IMG/VR virus record: IMGVR_UViG_3300042307_002096
Location: 1 to 64,000 of that record
Length of the DNA stretch: 64,000 bases
DNA from: a virus
Reading direction: 5' to 3' (one strand)
This document shows, piece after piece, positions 57,780 to 64,000 of the stretch. The notes beneath the pieces are model-generated. The model was not told the origin of the DNA. It saw only the letters and a list, made by a program, of their open reading frames with translations, and searched no databases. Every line of letters starts with the position of its first letter. Position 1 is the stretch's first letter. The position numbers were made by a program, and so were the translations under genes.

Positions 57780-58160
57780 ATGCCACAGGATAACATTACC
57801 GGGTTGGAACATTCTAATGCGTCTCCTGTCGATCAAATTCTCATGAGAGAGTTTGTAGACGGAGCTTTAAAAGCAGGATCATTAATATCAATGATCGAAA
57901 ATAAAAAAATTAACACTACTATGTTATTTTCATTGCTTTTAGAAAAATCTGAATATCAAGAATTTTTTACTGAGATTACTTCTTCTGATTCTTTCAAAGA
58001 ATCAATATTTACACTGTTGCTTTTATATCCAAATTTAGTAAAATCAAAGATTACAAAATCTGTAGTAAGAAAATTAAATGGCAAACCAAAGTCAAATTAC
58101 CGAGCTGGAAAAGCACCTATTCAACAAACACTTAGCGGTATCAAGAAGCGAAAAAAATAA
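57780..58160 (+). CDS. Hypothetical protein
   Basis: TAAGTA upstream. Confidence 0.5.
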   Translation: MPQDNITGLEHSNASPVDQILMREFVDGALKAGSLISMIENKKINTTMLFSLLLEKSEYQEFFTEITSSDSFKESIFTLLLLYPNLVKSKITKSVVRKLNGKPKSNYRAGKAPIQQTLSGIKKRKK

Positions 58161-58755
58161 ACCGTTTAAACTCAAAAAGGATTTTTCCAATATCGTAGAT
58201 ACCGACAAACACAAATTTTTAAAAAGAATTTCTACTCTATTCGAAAAGCACCCGGAAATTAATCCGGATTTATTTTTTAAAGCACCATATAAATTGTACC
58301 CAGATGTAGAATATTTTGGTTTAGATTACTTTTCTACAATGCGAGCAGTCAAGTCGTATACGACCTATAAAAAACAAATATTTTTACAGGATCCAGACAG
58401 TCAATTAGAACAAATTAAAGAATCGTTGACGTTTATTACAAAGTTTTGTATTGAAAATAACATATATTTTCACCAATACCCACAACACCGTTCTTCTGAT
58501 TTATTTACGTGGATGCAACATTACAAACAAAATAAAATTAACATTTACAGCGTTATGGGGTTTCCTAATATATTTTCTTCTGCTAAGAGCTTGGCAGAAG
58601 ATGTTCAAAAATTCTTTGTTAGCGAATTTATAGATCAATTTCAAAATCTTTATATTTTGTATAACAAATCAGCAGAGCTCAAACCATACATCCAAAAAAT
58701 AACACCTGTTCTTTCAAATTTTGTTGAAAAACAGTTGACCAAACCAACAAACTAG
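58078..58755 (+). CDS. Hypothetical protein, gp59-like by position
   Basis: Size and position directly upstream of gp32-like SSB; synteny only. Confidence 0.4.
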   Translation: MANQSQITELEKHLFNKHLAVSRSEKNKPFKLKKDFSNIVDTDKHKFLKRISTLFEKHPEINPDLFFKAPYKLYPDVEYFGLDYFSTMRAVKSYTTYKKQIFLQDPDSQLEQIKESLTFITKFCIENNIYFHQYPQHRSSDLFTWMQHYKQNKINIYSVMGFPNIFSSAKSLAEDVQKFFVSEFIDQFQNLYILYNKSAELKPYIQKITPVLSNFVEKQLTKPTN

Positions 58756-58776
58756 TCTATTATTAAAAACGAAATT

Positions 58777-59730
58777 ATGAGTATTAACACTAAATCAATG
58801 TTCGAAGCAATCAAGCAATCTCTTTCCTCAGATAAGAAGGAAGGTAACGGAAACGGTCTTTATAAAGAAATTATGAAGTTTTCCGCTGGTAATACATATC
58901 AGGTCCGCTTGGTACCAAATCCAAATTCTCCTAAAGAGACAATCTTTCATTATTACAATCACGGCTGGAATTCTAACGCGACAGGCAAGTATGTGACAGC
59001 ACTTTGTCCAACTACATTTGGAGATACGTGCCCAATTGATGCTTATTATCTAAAAACATACCGTACTGGTACCGAATCAGAAAAAGAAGCAGCTCGTGTT
59101 TTGTCGCGAAAAGAAGCCTGGATGGTTAACGTATATGTTATTTCAGATCCAGAAAATCCCGAGAACGAAGGAAAGGTTAAAATTCTTCGTTACGGAAAAG
59201 AGCTAGCTAAAATTATTGACTCTGCTCTTGAAGGAGATGATGCTGCAGAATTTGGAGTCGAGAAGGTATTTGACACTGCTAATGGGAGTACACTTCGTAT
59301 TAAGTGCGAAAGCCGTACTGGTGCTGGCCGTGGAAACAAGCAAATGGTTACGTATGCTTCCTCTAAGTTCTTGGCGCCAACTGCACTGGATCTAGATGAA
59401 ACTGCTATCGAACAAATTTACGGCACAGTACATGACCTTAAAGCTGTAAACAAGCAAACTACTCCAGCTGAAATGCAACGCTTGCTTGACGAACATTTCT
59501 TTAATTTGACTACAGGTTCTGTAGTTGAAGATGATTCTGACGATGAATATGCTCCAATTCGTAACGAAAAGCCCTCGTCAGTTAAGAAAACAGCAGAAGT
59601 AATTGAGAGCGTTTTTGAAGATGTTGAAACACCATTTAAACCTGCTGCTAAAATTTCCGCAAAAGAAGAAATTAATGAAACAGACGAGTCCACTGATGAA
59701 GCTTTGAAAAAATTGCTTGCTGATCTGTAA
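58777..59730 (+). CDS. ssDNA-binding protein (gp32-like)
   Basis: VRLVP, H..., CP....CPI, NVYV..DP.NPENEGKV, acidic tail. Confidence 0.9.
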   Translation: MSINTKSMFEAIKQSLSSDKKEGNGNGLYKEIMKFSAGNTYQVRLVPNPNSPKETIFHYYNHGWNSNATGKYVTALCPTTFGDTCPIDAYYLKTYRTGTESEKEAARVLSRKEAWMVNVYVISDPENPENEGKVKILRYGKELAKIIDSALEGDDAAEFGVEKVFDTANGSTLRIKCESRTGAGRGNKQMVTYASSKFLAPTALDLDETAIEQIYGTVHDLKAVNKQTTPAEMQRLLDEHFFNLTTGSVVEDDSDDEYAPIRNEKPSSVKKTAEVIESVFEDVETPFKPAAKISAKEEINETDESTDEALKKLLADL

Positions 59731-59752
59731 TATTAGATTAATCTTTAAAAAT

Positions 59753-60400
59753 ATGGAACTACTTAAAAAAGCTAACGGTAATATTGTTCGTACAGCAGAA
59801 GAAAAAGCTCATATGATTGAGCAAGCTGCTGAATATTATGGAAAATTTTTGACCTCTTTGGGTTTTGATTGGGCAGCTGATCCTCATTCTGCAAACACTC
59901 CTCGCAGAGTTGCTAAAGCATGGGTGAATGATTTAATTTCCGGGTCAATCAGCCCAGAACCAGAAGTTACTGCATTTCCCAACGATGAAGGTTATACCGG
60001 TTTGATTTGTCAGACTCGCATTCCAGTAGTTAGTATGTGTGCTCATCACAATTTGATGTTTTCGGGAGTTTGTCACGCGGCTTACATCCCTGGTAAAAGC
60101 ATAACTGATATGGTTATTGGTTTGAGTAAACTTAATCGTATTGTAGACTTTTACTCCAGACGGCCAAACATTCAAGAGAGTTTGACAAAGCAGATTCACG
60201 ATCATATTAACCGGCTGTGTATAGGTAATAGAGGAACAGCTGTTGTAATTGAGAGTCAACACAATTGTGTAAAGTGCCGAGGAATCAAGCATGACAGCGT
60301 CATGAAAACTAGCCAAATGTCTGGCTACTTTTTTTCCAACGAAATTGGTACAAGGCAAGAGTTCTTTAATTTGATTGATCACAGCAGATTTGGATCATAA
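59753..60400 (+). CDS. folE: GTP cyclohydrolase I
   Basis: TPRRVAK, SMCAHH, GLSKL.R, QE.LT, H.C...RG. Confidence 0.95.
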   Translation: MELLKKANGNIVRTAEEKAHMIEQAAEYYGKFLTSLGFDWAADPHSANTPRRVAKAWVNDLISGSISPEPEVTAFPNDEGYTGLICQTRIPVVSMCAHHNLMFSGVCHAAYIPGKSITDMVIGLSKLNRIVDFYSRRPNIQESLTKQIHDHINRLCIGNRGTAVVIESQHNCVKCRGIKHDSVMKTSQMSGYFFSNEIGTRQEFFNLIDHSRFGS

Positions 60401-60481
60401 ATTAGTCTAGATCACAAATGCCCTTTAATGACCAACAATATCATTGACTTATTTAAAAATTCATTTAAACTTATCCGCAAT

Positions 60482-60940
60482 ATGTTTACAGAAGACAACC
60501 TCGCCACAGCTCAAATAGCTCAATTATTTGGCTCTGAACTACTCAAAGTGCAACAAAACGCTACTACTGATTCAGGTTCTCAGCCCAATATTGTCAACAT
60601 CGATCCAAAGCAATTTCTTGTAAATGCTCCTCAATATCAGTCTGCAAAGAAAATAGAAGAGCAGCGTCTTATTCAGATGTTGCAAAGAGAAGCTGAACTG
60701 GCGTGCCCGTTGCCTGATTCTGGTTCTTCTCCTTTGCTCTCTGTTGATCCAGTGCCAGTAGTTCCTGTCAGCACAATTAACTCTCCACTCACAAATCGAA
60801 CAATAACTCCTATTGGTGCGGATAATTCAACTGGGGAAGTTTGGGAAAAAATTAACAAAAATCTTGAACGTATTGCAAACCGACTGGAAAATGTTGACAT
60901 AACTATCAAGAAAAAAAGGGCAAAACGTACCACCAAATGA
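60482..60940 (+). CDS. Hypothetical protein
   Basis: TTGACT...TAAACT promoter upstream. Confidence 0.55.
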   Translation: MFTEDNLATAQIAQLFGSELLKVQQNATTDSGSQPNIVNIDPKQFLVNAPQYQSAKKIEEQRLIQMLQREAELACPLPDSGSSPLLSVDPVPVVPVSTINSPLTNRTITPIGADNSTGEVWEKINKNLERIANRLENVDITIKKKRAKRTTK

Positions 60941-61653
60941 AGCTAACTATTAATAAAAACGATTTTGTTAATAACGTTCTAGGACCTGTTTCTAAGCTTG
61001 CTGACAATCTTTTGTTGGAGTTTGTGCAAGACACAAAAGCCAAGACGATGGTTAATTCGTCAGACAATTCTGTAATTCTTCTTGGAAGTGTTCCTTGTCA
61101 AGTTAAGGAACCATTTAAATGTGTAATTCCTGATTGCAAAACTTTTTTAAGATTGTTTTCAGGAATTGAGAAAGAAACGATCACTTTAGAAGTGGAGTCA
61201 AACGTAATTAAATACCAAGACATTTCCTTTTCTTTCAAGTATCATTTACTTGACGAGAGTTATATTGTAAATAAAAAATCAATTAGTGAAGAAAAACTCA
61301 ATCAGTTAGTATACGATACTGTTTTTGTGATGACCAAACAAAAGCTTTCTGAAATTATTAAATTCAACAGTATAGTTCCGGATGCAGAAAAGCTTTATTT
61401 TATTTCTGAAAACAACAAAATTTTAGCAAAACTAGGAGACGAACAAAAAGCTAATACAAACGAAATCGTTACAGAAATTAGTAGCGAATTTAGTGGAAAA
61501 CATTTGACCGAAAAGTTTCCGATTAATATTCAAAATATTCTTTTGTTTTCTTTTAGTTCAGAAGAAATTAAAATTAGTATTAACCATCAACTTAAAGTCT
61601 TTAAGTTTGAGAGTCCTCTTTTAAGTTATATTGTATCTGGACTTGTAAAGTAA
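60937..61653 (+). CDS. Sliding clamp-like (gp45/PCNA fold) protein
   Basis: 238 aa, MKLTI start, two-domain alpha/beta pattern; replication context. Confidence 0.55.
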   Translation: MKLTINKNDFVNNVLGPVSKLADNLLLEFVQDTKAKTMVNSSDNSVILLGSVPCQVKEPFKCVIPDCKTFLRLFSGIEKETITLEVESNVIKYQDISFSFKYHLLDESYIVNKKSISEEKLNQLVYDTVFVMTKQKLSEIIKFNSIVPDAEKLYFISENNKILAKLGDEQKANTNEIVTEISSEFSGKHLTEKFPINIQNILLFSFSSEEIKISINHQLKVFKFESPLLSYIVSGLVK

Positions 61654-61671
61654 ACAGCCTAAATAAATTTT

Positions 61672-62013
61672 ATGGCTAATAAACTAACAACTCTTGGATA
61701 TACACTTAAACGTTTTCGTGATTCTGGGTACATGGCAAATAAATTATTTGCTGAATACAGAGACTTAGATCCAAGAGCTTGGACAATAATGATCGAACCA
61801 AACGTGGCTTCTGTTTTTTGTACATGTTACATAAACGACCCATATATTGGTGAAACATTTTTTGAGCTCTATGATGGAAATCAATACATTCCCGGTAGAC
61901 TTAAGATTCAAACATCATCATTCGAGGTTATTGTTGAACATCTAGTAAAATACGGCATTATTGGTAGCAAAGCTTCTCAAAAAGAAGAGCCATTGAAAAA
62001 CTCAACCTTCTAG
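61672..62013 (+). CDS. Hypothetical protein
   Basis: TAAATA 6 nt upstream. Confidence 0.6.
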   Translation: MANKLTTLGYTLKRFRDSGYMANKLFAEYRDLDPRAWTIMIEPNVASVFCTCYINDPYIGETFFELYDGNQYIPGRLKIQTSSFEVIVEHLVKYGIIGSKASQKEEPLKNSTF

Positions 62014-62025
62014 CTAAATAGGTCT

Positions 62026-62361
62026 ATGGCAACGCCCAAAAAGAAAACTGTAAAGAAGACACTACACCCATCTTCTGAATCAAACATTCCAAAAGCAGAA
62101 AAAATTAATATAGAACAACTGTTTGAGCAAGCCGTACTAAGACACAAAAAAGACGAGCTATTAGATAAAAAAGTTAAACACAAGGAAATAGCTCATCTTT
62201 CTTTAATTGCTGAAGAATATTTAAGCAGCTTTGCCTTAATTGGATTTTCCTTGCAAGATGAAGAGGTTGTAGTATTTAACGTGCCAACCCGAAAAGACGA
62301 AGCAGCACTAGCTGATTTATTAAGAGCCACGTTTATTGACATGGCTAGTAATCGTCCCTAA
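62026..62361 (+). CDS. Hypothetical protein
   Basis: TAAATA 5 nt upstream. Confidence 0.6.
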   Translation: MATPKKKTVKKTLHPSSESNIPKAEKINIEQLFEQAVLRHKKDELLDKKVKHKEIAHLSLIAEEYLSSFALIGFSLQDEEVVVFNVPTRKDEAALADLLRATFIDMASNRP

Positions 62362-62369
62362 TTACTTCC

Positions 62370-64000
62370 ATGCTGGAAGATAACGCAGAAGAACAAAAAG
62401 GACGTAGAGGCCGTCCTAAGGGATCAAAAAATAAACCTAAAAGAGGCCGTCCTAAAGGATCAACAATTTCCAAAAAACCAACTCTGAGTCTCAAAAAAGA
62501 GACAAAGCTCAATAAAATTGGGGTTGCAGAAAACTCAACAACGTACAAATCAGAAGAAGATGCATTAAATTCGGTTTTAGACGAAAATAAATTTACGGAA
62601 GCTGGGTACAATACCGACACAAATAAAATAATTAACCAAGAGCCTGTTGATTCTTCTTACTATTACAGAGGATCCAAGCACGTTCCTGTAGCCGGAGCTC
62701 AATATGAGTTTACAGCGGACATGGTTGAAGAGCTAAGAAGATGCAAAAACAGCGTCGTGTATTTTGCTGAAAATTTCTTTTATATTGTTAGTTTAGATAG
62801 AGGCAAGGAAAAAATTAAATTATATAATGCCCAAAAACAAATGCTGGAAAATATGGTATCTCATAGATTTACAGCAAATTTAGCATCCAGACAAAGTGGT
62901 AAAACTTCTCTTTTAACTATATTTGCTTTATGGATGGTTTGCTTTAACGACGACCATAGAGCAGCAATTGTTGCTAACAAAGAAGCAACAGCCATTAATA
63001 TTTTTAAACGCGTGAGGATGGCATACGAACAGCTTCCAAATTATATTAAGCCTGGTGTTAAAGATTATGGAAAGACTGGAATGACTCTTGGCAACGATTC
63101 AAGTATTATAGTTTCTACAACTACTGCTACATCGATCCGCGGTGACAGTCTTAATACCATTTGTTTGGATGAAGCGGCGTTTATTGAACCTCATTTGCTT
63201 GAAGAGTTTTGGGCATCAGTTATTCCAGCAATTTCTTCTGGTAAAAATTCTAAAATTTTAATGGTGTCTACACCAAATGGCGTAGGTAATAAATTTTATG
63301 AAATATTTTCCGGAGCCGAAAGCGGCAAGCTACCTCAATGGAAAGCATCAAGAATTGATTGGTGGGATAGACCAGAAAGAGATGAAAATTGGAAGCAAGA
63401 CATGATTGCTGTACTTGGTTCAGAAGAAAAATTTCAACAAGAATTTGGCAATATGTTTTTAGATGATGCCGCCGCTGCAGTTGGAGCATCTATTATTGAA
63501 CGATTTAAAACGCAAAAAATAAATCCTATTTGGTCATCAGATGATGGAGAGTATGTAGTATTTGAATATCCAGATAGTAACAGATTATATGTAGTTGGCG
63601 TTGATGTTGGAGAAGGTATCGGCAGAGCTTCGTCTGTAGCTCAAATTTTAGACGTAACAGACCTCCAAAATATTAAACAAGTAGCTGTGTACGGTTCTGC
63701 TAAAATTGAACCATATCACTTTGCTAATAAACTGTCGGTTATTGGTCAATCATGGGGATTGCCTCCAATTTTAATCGAAAGAAATAATTGTGGAGCTCAA
63801 GTCATTGATGCATTACATCACAATCACAATTACGAAAAAATTGTATCATATTCTAAGATTTCAGAGCAAGACAAATATAATAAAACAAGAAACATGGGTG
63901 TTCTTTCCCATACAAATATTCGTTTTGATGGTATCCAAAATATGAGGTATTGGATTAACCATCTCCAAACTGTACACATAAATGATCCTCAAACAATTTC
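62370..64000 (+). CDS. Terminase large subunit (gp17-like), runs off window end; absent from ORF track
   Basis: Manual translation: ASRQSGKT, ICLDEAAF, VSTPNG, GVDVGEG nuclease motif. Confidence 0.93.
   Translation, partial: MLEDNAEEQKGRRGRPKGSKNKPKRGRPKGSTISKKPTLSLKKETKLNKIGVAENSTTYKSEEDALNSVLDENKFTEAGYNTDTNKIINQEPVDSSYYYRGSKHVPVAGAQYEFTADMVEELRRCKNSVVYFAENFFYIVSLDRGKEKIKLYNAQKQMLENMVSHRFTANLASRQSGKTSLLTIFALWMVCFNDDHRAAIVANKEATAINIFKRVRMAYEQLPNYIKPGVKDYGKTGMTLGNDSSIIVSTTTATSIRGDSLNTICLDEAAFIEPHLLEEFWASVIPAISSGKNSKILMVSTPNGVGNKFYEIFSGAESGKLPQWKASRIDWWDRPERDENWKQDMIAVLGSEEKFQQEFGNMFLDDAAAAVGASIIERFKTQKINPIWSSDDGEYVVFEYPDSNRLYVVGVDVGEGIGRASSVAQILDVTDLQNIKQVAVYGSAKIEPYHFANKLSVIGQSWGLPPILIERNNCGAQVIDALHHNHNYEKIVSYSKISEQDKYNKTRNMGVLSHTNIRFDGIQNMRYWINHLQTVHINDPQTI

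Noticed and set aside
10857-63489. Numerous short ORFs antisense to or nested within long conserved genes (e.g. 10857, 11709, 32055, 59418, 62345, 63268)
   Set aside because: Shadow frames of real genes, with no motifs or expression signals.

Overview
64 kb of an AT-rich, gene-dense, large T4-like (myovirus-type) phage genome. The host is inferred to be PVC/Verrucomicrobia, from the ClpC, LysM and HPRT sequences. Bases 1-9 kb hold an array of small late genes sharing an N-terminal MKSKDQxLLEEAY leader (probable capsid-targeting/processing signal), mixed with early genes, RmlC and FkbM. Bases 9-22 kb are a host-takeover region: bS21, ClpC, HPRT, RNA ligase, a tmRNA with a 33-codon tag, 13 tRNAs (several non-canonical, one with a 32-nt anticodon-loop insertion), a homing-type endonuclease and DNA ligase. 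Bases 23.4-26.4 kb are a lysis cassette (u-spanin-like, holin-like, lysozyme) into which a PAS-LOV sensor gene is translationally coupled; this is the strongest candidate for an undescribed system (light/redox-gated lysis). Bases 28-64 kb are the T4-like core (primase, UvsY/W, gp55, gp47/46, DNA pol B, UvsX, gp41, gp32, clamp, terminase), with QueD/QueE/FolE, a glycosyl/methyltransferase island and a ~300-nt structured intergenic element. Both promoter classes sit almost directly on start codons, suggesting widespread leaderless mRNA. All calls come from motif recognition by eye; no searches were run.
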